Positions 49,536 to 60,431 of a stretch of DNA of 64,000 nt are shown in pieces; the stretch's first letter is position 1; each line of letters begins with the position of its first letter. The stretch lies in the NCBI GenBank assembly GCA_048013815.1, contig CM106586.1, positions 16,554,001 through 16,618,000 of the forward strand, in the 5' to 3' direction. The DNA comes from Setoptus koraiensis. Taxonomy: Eukaryota; Animalia; Arthropoda. The position numbers were made by a program, and so were the translations under genes. Below the pieces are notes generated by a model that had not been told where the DNA came from, did not search any database, and saw nothing but the letters and a program-made list of their open reading frames with translations.

Positions 49536-50044
49536 TATTATATTATTATAACAGATTCAGTGTGTTATACTTGCTAACAATGAATTTCTAGTGATGATAC
49601 GCAAGAAACTTAAATAACCACCTACTCAAAGAAAATAAATATTATTTGGAATGTCCGAAATTGCATGTAGAGCGTGTGATGAACAAGCCGTTGTGGACAT
49701 CGCATCCGCCATTGTCGGAGGAGGCACGGTCAATATTAGAGGTCGTGCCATCTGGAAGACAAGGCTTCATCGTGATAACAGTGAATTGTATTGCACTCAT
49801 TTCAAAATTCTCGACCAATCAAGTTCAATCGTAGTTATTGACTCCGGTGATAGAGCTGGATGGGATTTCTCTGAATGTGGTAGAGTTTACCATATAAAAT
49901 GTGGACATATAAAGAAATTCAAGGAGGAGTTGGCGTGTTATATTGAAGAAGACACCACTATAGAGACGTGTGAAGATAGCGAAGCACAAGAGGAGTTACC
50001 AAGAACATTGCGTCAATGTTCCAATTCCGAATTGGTCGAAGCTA

Positions 50045-51365
50045 ACTTATGGTAAGTAATAATTGTCCCTTCTTTTTTTTGAACGGGTAACGCACAGAAT
50101 GAGAGCATAGTGATCATGTCACATGTTATTGAACACGTGTGTGATTAGGCAACCAGAATATGTGATTTATTATATATTAGAGTAATTATTTATTAAGAAA
50201 ATGGCAATAAACGAAGAGCTAGTGAGAGAAAGAGTTGTCAACTTCTACGAGAACCATGCGGAGCGCGACTTATTAAAAACTATTTATCAATTCAACTCCC
50301 AAACAAACCAAACCAATTCAACCAAATCAAGAACTGTGAGAAGAATTGTCGAGAGATATAGAGAGACAGGCTCGATCAAAGAAAAACCTGGTTCTGGTCG
50401 TAAACCGTCAGTTTTGACGCCTCAAAATCTCAACAAGTTGAAAGAGATGTTCACTGACACAGATGATTGGTCATACCGACGGGATGCCAAAAAGTTTAAA
50501 ACTTCTCATGGCCATATTAGTAAAACATTTGATCGCAAATTTGGTGTCAAGTCAAGAAAGAACAATATAGCACCCAAATACAAGGATGGTGATGAAGAAA
50601 AGATAATGCTCTAGTGCAAGGCTCTCACCCGGATGTTCCATGTGAAGCAAATAATTTTGGATGACGAGAAGTATTTCAGCCTCAAAGACAAATCTCACCG
50701 ATATTATTATCCCGATGATCCAACTGGAACTCCAAATGATGTCGAATTCAGAGCAAGTGAGAAATACACCCCCAAAATGTTGGTTTGGCTAGCCGCATCA
50801 CCAAGAGGATTATCTGAAGTTTACATTCACAAGAGCTCGAATGCCATTAATTCGGAAGTTTATACAACCAAATGTTTGACCAAGCTAGTGAAATTTATAG
50901 AGAGTCACCATAGTGATGGTGAATATTATTTTTGGCCTGACAAGGCAAGTTCACATTATTCAAATGTGACAGGAGAATTTTATCGTGATCACGACATCAA
51001 TGTCGTACCACTCGATTCAAACCCAACAAATCTTCCTCAGGCTCGACCTATCGAAGATTTTTGGGCAATTTTGGATCGGATGGTGTGGTCTGGTCGTAAT
51101 AGACCAACCACAGTCGATTCTCTGATCAAAAGAATCAAATATTGTGTGAAAAATATTGACCCAAATGTGGTACACGCCACTTTTGGGTCGACGAAACGTC
51201 GAGTGAGAGAGTGTGGAGTTAATGGACCTTACTCCATAATTCATTGATGTGAGATATTCCTCAGATATCTATCTAACTAATGTTAAAAATTTTATCCTTC
51301 TATCTACAACAATAATAAAGCAATCCCAGAAGAGACGAGAGCGACGAATTTTACTTACCATACGT
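50045..51365 (+). mobile_element. Tc1/mariner-superfamily DNA transposon, DD37E type, 1321 bp, TA target-site duplication
   Basis: Imperfect TIRs: left ACTTATGGTAAGTAATAATTGTC; right, reverse-complemented, ACGTATGGTAAGTAAAATTCGTC. TA at 50043-50044 and 51366-51367. Internal transposase. Confidence 0.93.
50201..51247 (+). pseudogene. DD37E transposase with a single in-frame TAG at 50612-50614
   Basis: ORFs 50201-50614 and 50633-51247 share a frame. HTH region (RTVRRIVERYRETGSIKEKPGSGRKP). Catalytic ILDDEKYF, YFWPDKASSH and NPTNLPQARPIEDFW, with 37 residues between the second D and the E by manual count. Confidence 0.9.
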
Positions 51366-51949
51366 TACGCCCCACGGGACTATGTATATGTATGTAAAAG
51401 ATGAACCTGCCGATGTAGTAACTGAGAAAGTCGTCGATTGCGAGAGAGATTGCCGAATTGGATGCGGAAATTTAGAGCGACTAGGCGATAGATGGTGGTG
51501 CAGTGGATGCGGAGAGTTTCAAAACCCTGTCTTTCATAAAAAAACTTATCTGAAAATAAGAGACAGAGCGTCGACCGGATATGTGATGATTTGGGCCGGA
51601 GAAGCCAAAAAGCTGTCCGGGGTAGAAATATCCGATATGATGCGAGATTTATACGATTTGAAGCGAGGTTTGGCTGGAGAGGTAAACAACAAAAGAATTA
51701 TACATGCCGTCGAAGGCAAAAAATTCAAATTTATCTTGAAAACTCAGTGGCTCAATTCCTTTCTTAGGAGGCTTAGGCTTAAAAGATTCGTAGGTGGACA
51801 TTCTGTGGAGGACATGTATAATGCATTCCTTCACTCACGATAGCCAGGAAGTTTCTTGAGAAAAACTCGATGGTTGACGATCGAATACTTGTCGTGATCA
51901 ATGGATTCAAAGGATCCTTCCAACCATCTGATTTGATTCTGACTTCCTA

Positions 51950-53520
51950 AGAAAATCAATGTGTGATTTAAATTATCAGCATGAATCTACTGCTTCTTTA
52001 TGCGACATGATGCGTATTCTAGTTCAATCCCTAGCTAAGTTGATCATTTGGACCCTCGCTTATATGTGCTCTAACAATTGTTCGCGACCAATTTATTGCG
52101 ATCTCTGTGTTGGTCTTTTACTCACAAGACCGTCGATGTGTAAATCACAATAGCTGCAAATGAGCAAATTATTATAAAATCACATGATACTGGCTGTGGT
52201 TTGCCTACGCTGAGATGAAGCAGTTGCTTGTCTTGTCGCAAATTTTATAACGACATATAAAATATGTATAGATTGTAGTTGAGGCACATCTCATTCAATC
52301 TCCAATCAACGAAGAACGCGAACGCAAGAACGATAACAATTGACCGAATTGAATTGCATAAGGGATTACTAAATAAATAAACAGGAAATGAAATCTTCAA
52401 CGTGTCGAGCTATTCTTTGCGCTGTGACTTTAGTCATCTTGGCTACTGACTTTGCTATTGCAACCGTTACTCTAAAAGCGGAGCATTTGTTCGACAATGA
52501 AAAACTAGAAGAGATCTTTTCGAGTTTCGTCCAACTGAATGGAAGGCTGGACAATAACTCAACGAGAGAAGTTTACTCGGTTCGCAAGGCAGTTTTCAAA
52601 CAGAACATGTTGATGGTGCTCAGATTTGATTGATTGCGACCAGGTCGATCAAGGTTGCAATGGTGGTCTACCCGAGATTGCCTACAAGCAGGTCATGAGC
52701 TTAGGTGAGTTTCGCAAGGTAACATCGTCTTGATAAATTCGGCTTGTCTGGCTAACATACAAATCTTGTTGAACCAAATTCATAGGTGGACTAGAGAAAG
52801 AAGAAGATTACGCTTACACGGGCAACCAATCCAGGTGCAGCATGGATAAGAGACACAAAAAGTATACCATTGATAATTTCACCCATTTGACACAAAATGA
52901 CGAAAAAAGAATGAAGATTTGGCTGGCGAAACGTGGGCCAATCTCTGTGGCCATCGACACAGAAGATTCATTAAAATACTATGTGGAGGGCGTTTATCTT
53001 CCCAATGAGGGCGACTGCAGTAAAAAACCAGAGAAACTCAACCACGCAGTACTAATAGTTGGATATGGCGTTGATGAGAAGCACAAACCAGAGCTTCCGT
53101 ATTGGATCGTAAAAAATAGCTGGGGTACTCAATGGGGCGAAAGTGGCTTTTTTAGACTGTACCGAGGTACAAACGCCTGCGGTGTAGCTTATGATCCCAG
53201 TACCGCTTTGTTGCTGACAAAAGACTGAAGAAATCAAAGAGGCTGTTGCATTGGTTGATTGGAAGATTCTAATGTGAATGAATTCTTCAAATACCGTACC
53301 AGACCGTTATCTCCGTTATGTGACGAACAGTTACATAAATAATATAAGTTTAGTGCAAATGAACTCAGGCAAACAACTATTAGAATCTATGACGAAGCCA
53401 GTTGGTATTGATGACGGGAATAACCAGTAAAAATAGATTGCTTGCTTTCGTGGCCGGCCCATTTTCTTCTTGCAACTGACAAGAATGTTTCTCTTTTTTT
53501 TATTTACAACAACTCGATGT
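51950..53520 (+). repeat. Segmental duplication containing the cathepsin gene; partner at ~59995-62115
   Basis: Near-identical sequence apart from a 592-bp deletion in this copy. Confidence 0.9.
52388..53228 (+). pseudogene. Cathepsin F-like paralogue with a 592-bp internal deletion removing the catalytic-Cys exon
   Basis: Near-identical to the 60432 gene up to aaacagaacatgtt, then jumps to gatggtgctcagatttg (intron 2 / exon 3 boundary of the intact copy), giving a premature stop after MLMVLRFD. The QGKRCGSCW exon is absent. Confidence 0.92.
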
Positions 53521-54257
53521 GAGTTTCAATGTAAGTTTATTTTCAACTGCGTACTGATCGAGAGCTAGGTGTGTTTACGAATATTACTAATGAAGTTACA
53601 CGTACAAAAAACTTATGACCCAATCGGGCATTTTGTATCCTCGTCTGCATGGGATGATGTAGCAATATTTACAACATCAAAATATTGCATCCTTACATGA
53701 AATCGATGTAGCCAACGCACGTACTCATATATAATGCGGATACTGGTTATGGGTGAGAATGGGCGCGTGCGGTCGGGTATCGGTTGACGGGCATGACATT
53801 CTGGATAAACAGATACGAGATTCTTTGTTGTCTATATCAACTGCGAATGCATCAATTGATATCAAACATTACAAATAGGTATATTAAAGGCCTATAAATG
53901 GCTGCTGACAGCCGCTTTTGTAAGCTTATCATCTGCAGATACCAAATCAATCAATTATTGATCGACAATACGATGCATCATGCTAGTGACAATAGTCCGA
54001 CAGCACACTTTCGCTATCAGTTTCGCTATCGATTCCTCAAGAGTGAGTCATGCCATGACTTATCTTCTTCATCCAATCATTGAAATCATAGATGGGGACC
54101 GACATAGCTTTTTTAAACTATTTAGCGAAGCCAATAGTATAGGTAGCAACTATCCCAACAGATTCAGAATGGTATACTTGCCAACAATGAATTACTAGTG
54201 ATGATACGTAAGAAGCTTCAATAATCAGCTATTCAAAGAAAATAAATATTATTTGGA

Positions 54258-55082
54258 ATGTCCGCAATTGCATGTAGAGCGTGTGATGACCGAGCCGTTG
54301 TGGACATTGCATCCGCCATTGTCGGAGAAGGCACGGTCAATATTAGAGGTCGTGTCATCAGTAAGTCATTCCTTCATCGTGGTCGCAATGGATTGCATTC
54401 TTATTTCAAAATTCTTGACCAATCTAGTTTAATCAGAGTCATCGACTCCGGTGATAGAACTGGATTCAGCGATCTCGTTGAATATGATAGAGTTTATCAT
54501 ATAAAATGTGGACATATTAAGAAATTCAAGAAGGAGTTTGCGTGTTATATTGAAGAAGACACCACTATAGAGACGTGTGAAAATAGAGAAGCACAACTGG
54601 AGGCACCAAGAACATTGAGGCAATGTTTCGATTACAAATTTGTTAAAGCTATTCCCGGACAGACTATATATAGCCTAATCGATATTGTAATCGAGAATGT
54701 TATTGATTGTGAGAGAAATATAGCTTGTGAATTCGGGTGCCGCGAAGGTATGAAGGTGGTAGAGCAAACAGGTGCTAGATGGTGGTGCGTCAGATGCGAG
54801 GATTTGAGAAACCCAATCATCCACTACAGAACTTTTTTGAAAATCAGAGACAGCACAAGAACCGGAAAAGTAACAATATGGGCCGAGGAAGCCAGAAAGC
54901 TTTTTGGGATAGAACAAAAGGAATTGTACCATTTGAAGCAAGAATCTGCCGGAATGGCAGAATACAAAAGAATAATTGGTGCCGTCGAAGGCAAGATGTT
55001 CAAATTCACCTTGAAAAGTCAGTTTCTTTTCTCCACTGAGAAAGGACTGAAACAAACGGTAGTTGGACATACTACAATGTAA
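54258..55082 (+). CDS. Mini-RPA1 type II, 274 aa
   Basis: Intact ORF with CRAC motif, both OB-like halves and the ACEFGC..WWCVRC zinc ribbon. Its TATA position is degenerate (TATAGGTA, 54138). Confidence 0.82.
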   Translation: MSAIACRACDDRAVVDIASAIVGEGTVNIRGRVISKSFLHRGRNGLHSYFKILDQSSLIRVIDSGDRTGFSDLVEYDRVYHIKCGHIKKFKKEFACYIEEDTTIETCENREAQLEAPRTLRQCFDYKFVKAIPGQTIYSLIDIVIENVIDCERNIACEFGCREGMKVVEQTGARWWCVRCEDLRNPIIHYRTFLKIRDSTRTGKVTIWAEEARKLFGIEQKELYHLKQESAGMAEYKRIIGAVEGKMFKFTLKSQFLFSTEKGLKQTVVGHTTM

Positions 55083-55682
55083 AATGCAAGGCGCCACTCA
55101 CCATAGCCGGATAGCTTCTCGAGAAAAACTTTCTTCTTAAGTCAAGAGAAATCATTACTCTACGACTTATTCGGTATTACTTATATCTTGCATTATGCAA
55201 GGTATAATCGATTCTATGATTATACTCAGCATCATTCATAATAAAAAAATGATGAAATATATGTATCGATATACTTTATCAACATAGATATATATCAGGG
55301 TTCTATTTAGATAAGATTCATGATTCAAATTAGAATGTGAATGAATTCTTCAAATACCGCACCAGATTAGTATGTGAGGAACAGTTATAAAAATCATATC
55401 AGTTTAGTGCAAATGAACTCAGGCAAACAACTATTAAATTTATGACGAAGCCAGTTGGTATTGATGAGGGGAATAAATAGATTGCTTGCTCTCGTTGCCG
55501 GCCCATTTTCTTCATGTAACAGACAAGGATGTTTCTCCCTTTTTTTTATTTACGACAACTCGGTGATACACAAAACCAGCGTATGCGAACTGCTTTTCGC
55601 CCAAATACATGTAATTAGTTTCGTAATCGACACCGATCCATAGAGAGCTATCGGACTGGAGTCGTGAGAGGTGACATGCATT

Positions 55683-56504
55683 TTACATTGCGGAATGTCC
55701 AACTACGGTCTTTTTCAGTTTCGGTTTACCTCGCGAATGACTGAACTGACTTTTCAGGGTGAATTTAAAGCTTTTGCCTTTGACGGCATTTATAATTCTT
55801 TGGTAGTTTTCCTCTCCAAAAAAATCTCGCTTCAAATGGTAGAGTTCCGATGGTCCTACGCCGAACAGCTTTTTTGCATCATCGGCCCAAATTATCACAT
55901 TTCCGGTTGCCGTTCTGTCTTTTATTTCCAAAATAGTTCTGCAATGAGATAATGGGATCTGAAATTTGTTGCAGAAACCGCACCAGCATCTACCGCCTAT
56001 CTGCACTAAATTTGCGTTGCATCCGAATTGACACTTTATGTAATCTCTTTCGCAATCAATAACATTCTCAATTACGATATCGACGTTACTATACATAGTC
56101 CGACCGGGAATAGCTTTAACCAATTGTAGATCGAAGCACTCCCTCAATGTTCTTGGTGCCTCCAGTCGCGCTTCGCTATTTTCACACGTCTCTATCGTGG
56201 TGTCTTCTTCAATGCGACATGTAAGCCCATTCTTGTTTTTTTTAATATGTCCGCATTTTATATGATAAACTTTATCATGTTCAACGACATTGCCAGTTCT
56301 ACCATTGAAGTCGATAACTATAATCGCACCAGATTGGTCGAGAATTTTGGAACGAGAATACCAGCCATCTCGAAAACGATAAGGCTTTGTTCTCTTAGTA
56401 GTGACTCGACCTCTAATGTTGACCACCTCCTGTCCAGCAGTGATTGAAGCGATGTCCACAAAGTCTTGATCATCGCAAGCTCTACAAATGGTTACACGAG
56501 ACAT
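55683..56504 (-). CDS. Mini-RPA1 type II, 273 aa
   Basis: MSRVTICRACDD..VNIRGRV..KILDQSGAI..YHIKCGH..IKCQFGC..CWCGFC..LEIKDRTATGNVIIWADDAKKLFG..FKFTLKSQF. Confidence 0.82.
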   Translation of the reverse strand: MSRVTICRACDDQDFVDIASITAGQEVVNIRGRVTTKRTKPYRFRDGWYSRSKILDQSGAIIVIDFNGRTGNVVEHDKVYHIKCGHIKKNKNGLTCRIEEDTTIETCENSEARLEAPRTLRECFDLQLVKAIPGRTMYSNVDIVIENVIDCERDYIKCQFGCNANLVQIGGRCWCGFCNKFQIPLSHCRTILEIKDRTATGNVIIWADDAKKLFGVGPSELYHLKRDFFGEENYQRIINAVKGKSFKFTLKSQFSHSRGKPKLKKTVVGHSAM

Positions 56505-56593
56505 TTCAAATAAGATTTTTTTTCTTCGAGTAGCGGGTCATTGAAGTTTCTTTTGTATCATTTCTAATGATTCATTTGAGTCAAGTATACTAC

Positions 56594-56624
56594 ACTGAGT
56601 CTGTCGGCATGGTTGCTATTTATA
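56594..56624 (-). promoter_or_regulatory. TATA box plus TCAGT initiator of the 56504 copy
   Basis: The minus strand reads TATAAATAgcaaccatgccgacagacTCAGT. TCAGT is the arthropod Inr, and the spacing is ~28 nt. Confidence 0.65.
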
Positions 56625-57166
56625 TTACTGACCTAACTGGATAGTTTAAATAAACTATAGCGAAATGTCCCGCCTCTATGTTTTCAGTGATCGGATGAAT
56701 TTAGTTCTGCATTCTATAGATAGTTGTTTCTTATGCTAGTCATATACGATTCATTGCATGACAGACTCGCTAGGAATCGAGTCATGCAGGAACCCAGCGT
56801 TTGTATTCCAGTTTCGCAGACCACAAGCTGAACGGAAAACATGAAAAACAAAAAAGGATTATAAAATTGTCAAATTGATAGCGATAGTGTGCTGTCGAAA
56901 TATTGTCACTATTGTATTGCATTGTCATTGAATAATTGTTCGATCTTGATATCTGTAGATGATAGGCTCGCAAAAGCGGCTGCTCAAAGCCTATTGAACT
57001 TGGTTTTGATGCATAGTGGATTTTATCTGATCGGCACGAAGGGGGGGGATGGCTACATATTATAAATTGGCGAGCATCAATCAATTGAAGGGCAATGATA
57101 CTGCGATAACTCGTTCGTGGAGTATTTTTTGCAAAAAAGTATTTGGAAGTGCATCTTGGATACAGC

Positions 57167-57469
57167 AGTTTTCCTCTCCGGCAAAATCTCGCTTCGAATG
57201 ATAGAGTTCCGCTTGTTCTACCCCGAACAGCTTTTTTGCTTCTTCGGCCCAAATCGTCACATTTCCGGTTGCCGTGCTGTCTTTTATTTCCAGAATAGTT
57301 CTGTAATGAAATATTGGGATCCGAAATTTGTTGCAGCAACCGCGCCACTATCTACCGCCTCTCTGCTCTAAATTTGGGTAGCATCCGTATTGACACTCTG
57401 TGTAATCTCTCTCACAATCAATAACATTCTCAATTACGATATCGACGTTACTATACATAGCCTGACCGG
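57167..57469 (-). pseudogene. Internal mini-RPA1 type II fragment (DBD-C-like half) with a premature stop
   Basis: GQAMYSNVDIVIENVIDCERDYTECQYGCYPNLEQRGGR*WRGCCNKFRIPIFHYRT..HSKRDFAGEEN; truncated at both ends. Confidence 0.88.
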
Positions 57470-57480
57470 CCAATACATAT

Positions 57481-57678
57481 TGCTGGAAGTGTAATAAATG
57501 CGGAATAATCTACCGACACCATAAATATACAAAACATTTGTGAAGTGCATGAGTACGAGCGGATAATGATTGCTCTTACCGGGAATAAGTTCAAATTTAC
57601 CTTGATGACTCAATTTAGTATATTAGAAAATGTTGATCTGGAGCATCACGTCAAGGACCTCGAGTTGATTAAATCTTA
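57481..57678 (+). pseudogene. 3' fragment of mini-RPA1 type I with an internal deletion
   Basis: WKCNKCGIIYRHHKYT-[deletion]-EVHEYERIMIALTGNKFKFTLMTQFSILENVDLEHHVKDLELIKS*, matching the C-terminus of the 45892 gene. Confidence 0.88.
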
Positions 57679-58468
57679 AAAATTAATCTTACATTCCAGA
57701 CTCATGCAATATGCCATTAGAGAAGCCATCATATTGCGATATATGTCGGCCTGTATATTGACAGAGAATAAAGATATTAAATATGAAAGAGATCGCCCCG
57801 GAATCGGGCCGTCTTCAGTCTCATATTCCTTTCTCCCTCGCTATAACAGCTCTATTGACTATTCGTCGAGTATTATCTGGCTAGTTCACACCATTTTAGA
57901 TGGAGAAGGATAACCACGAATGGTTAACCAATTCGCTTAAGCTATGAAATAGAAATCCATACCCGACCGGTTATTTAAACAATCAATACCTGTTTTTGTC
58001 ATATTTGTTGACAAATATCTCATCCACGTTCTCGAGCTGATATTGATGATCGCGGCAGCACACCCGTTTTTTGAGATGCGGATCCGTACATCGAGCATAG
58101 ATACGCGACATGGCAGCAAAATTTGCAATAGATGAAAATGTTTTGGATAAACAGATATGAGATGCCTTGTTGTCTATATCAACTGCGAATGTATCATTTT
58201 ATAGCAAACTGTGTAAATAGGCACATAGATGGCTGCAGACAGCCGCTTCTGTAAGGCTTCCAGCTGCACATATCAAATCAGTCAACTATTGATCAGCAAT
58301 ACGATGCATCATACTAGTGACAATAATCCGACAGCACACTTTCGCTATCAGGTTTGCTATCGATTCCTCACGAGTGAGTCATGCCATGACTTATCTACTT
58401 CATCCAATCATTGAAATCATAGATGGGGACCGCCATACCTTTTCTAAACTATTTAGCGAAGCCAACAG

Positions 58469-58476
58469 TATAAATA
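58469..58476 (+). promoter_or_regulatory. TATA box (TATAAATA) of the 58589 copy
   Basis: Conserved motif and spacing across paralogues. Confidence 0.6.
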
Positions 58477-58588
58477 GCAACTATCCCAACAGATTCGGTG
58501 TGGTATACTTGCCAACAATGAATTACTAGTGATGACACGTAAGAAGCTTCAATAACCAGCTATTCAAAGAAAATAAATATTATTTGGA

Positions 58589-59401
58589 ATGTCCGCAATT
58601 GCATGTAGAGCGTGTGATGACCGAGCCGTTGTGGACATTGCATCCGTCATTGTCGGAGAAGGCACGGTCAATATTAGAGGTCGTGTTATCAGTAAGTCAC
58701 GCCTTCATCGTGGTCGCAATGAATTGTATTCTTATTTCAAAATTCTCGACCAATCTAGTTCAATCCGAGTTATCCACTCAGGTGATAGAATTGGACGTAA
58801 TCTCGTTGAATATGATAGAGTTTATCATATAAAATGTGGACATATTAAAAAATTCAAAAATGAGTTTGCGTGTTATATTGAAGAAGACACCACTATAGAG
58901 ACGTGTGAAAATAGCGAAGCACGACTGGAGTCACCAAGAACATTGAGTCAATGTTTCAATTCCGAATTGGTTAAAGCTACGCCCGGGCAGACTATGTATA
59001 GCACTACCGATTTAGTAATTGAGAAAGTTATTGATTGCGAGAGAGACTACATAGCCTGTCAATTTGGATGCAGCGAAAATTTAGAGCAACGAGGCGGTAG
59101 ATGGTGGTGCAGTAGATGCGGAGAGTTTCGAAACCCAATCTTTCATTACAGAACTTATTTGAGAACAAGAGACAGCACGGCAACCGGAATTGTGACGATT
59201 TGGGCCGAAGAAGCAAAAAAGCTGTTCGGGGTAGAACAAGCGGAACTATACCATTTGAAGCGAGATTTTGCTGGAGAGGAAAACTACAAAAGAATTATAC
59301 ATGCAGTCGAAGGCAAAAAATTCAAATTTATCTTAAAAACTCAGTGGATCAATTCCCTTTTTGAGCTGAAAAAAACCGTAGTTGGACATTCTGCGAGGTA
59401 A
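58589..59401 (+). CDS. Mini-RPA1 type II, 270 aa
   Basis: Intact ORF: CRAC, VNIRGRVISKS, YHIKCGH, IACQFGC..WWCSRC, RDSTATGIVTIWAEEAKKLFG, FKFILKTQW. Confidence 0.82.
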   Translation: MSAIACRACDDRAVVDIASVIVGEGTVNIRGRVISKSRLHRGRNELYSYFKILDQSSSIRVIHSGDRIGRNLVEYDRVYHIKCGHIKKFKNEFACYIEEDTTIETCENSEARLESPRTLSQCFNSELVKATPGQTMYSTTDLVIEKVIDCERDYIACQFGCSENLEQRGGRWWCSRCGEFRNPIFHYRTYLRTRDSTATGIVTIWAEEAKKLFGVEQAELYHLKRDFAGEENYKRIIHAVEGKKFKFILKTQWINSLFELKKTVVGHSAR

Positions 59402-60431
59402 AATGTATGGCTTCACTCACGATATCCAGAAAGTTTCTTGAGAAAAACTCGATGGTTGACGATTGAATACTTGTCGTGGTCAATGGATTCAAAGGATCCG
59501 TCCTATCGATCTGACTTGTCGTTTTGATCCGAAAAAAATCCCTATTCTACTATTTATGTGTTGCCTGATCAATTCTATGATTGTACTTTGCATTATTCAC
59601 AATAAATGATGATAACGTATACATATCAAGACACACATTGGAATGAAAATTATTTTATTGTGTAAAGGAGATCCTTAAATATTGCCCTGAGTTTCTTTGT
59701 TTCGCAAGCCTGAGTGCGTGGAAACAATTATGCACGGTATAAATAGTCTCTGATCTCAGATCAGGCGTTTAGGCCCAGTTAAGGATCAGTTGAGGTGGAA
59801 TCACAATTGTCGCATTTGTTGACTCGAAGATAATTAAGATAATATTTATACGGTTTTATTGCACTGGATCTCAAAAACTTTTCACTTTGTATTGTTCATT
59901 TACGCGCCAGATAACTAGAATACATATGATTAGACTAATCATTAATGTGTATAATACACAAGAGTTTTCAATAGTTTGCATTTTGCATGGATAAGAGAAT
60001 CAATGTGTGATTCAAATTATCAGCATGAATCTATTGCTTCTTTATGCGACATGATGCGCATTCTAGTTCAATCCATAGCTGGGTTGATCATTCGGACCCT
60101 CGCTTATATGTACTCTCACAATTGTTCGCGACCAATTTATTGCGATCTCTGTGTTGGTCTTTTACTCACAAGACCGTCGATGTGTAAATCACAATAGCTG
60201 CAAATGAGCAAATTATTATAAAATCACATGATACTGGCTGTGGTTTGCCTACGCTGAGATGAAGCAGTTGCTTGTCTTGTCGCAAATTTTATAACGACAT
60301 ATAAAATATGTATAGATTGTAGTTGAGGCACATCTCATTCAATCTCCAATCAATGAAGAACGCGAACGCAAGAACGATAACAATTGACCGAATTGAATTG
60401 CATAAGGGATTACTAAATAAATAAACAGGAA

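Larger units (their letters stand above)
49651..51843 (+). pseudogene. Mini-RPA1 type II copy interrupted by a Tc1/mariner insertion (halves 49651-50044 and 51368-51843)
   Basis: Removing 50045-51365 and one TA gives gct acg ccc, matching gct acg ccc in the 58589 copy, and restores one uninterrupted frame through ATG 51382 to the stop at 51843. Confidence 0.88.
55335..57160. repeat. Segmental duplication containing a minus-strand mini-RPA copy and its upstream region; partner at ~61908-63735
   Basis: Collinear near-identity from atgaattcttcaaa to gcaaaaaagtat..gtgcat. Confidence 0.9.

Noticed and set aside
49349-49591. ORF MCDLNYQHESTASLCDMMRILVQS.. recurring at 51959 and 59976
   Set aside because: Its recurrence is explained by recent duplication of the block; starts and ends vary and there is no domain signal.
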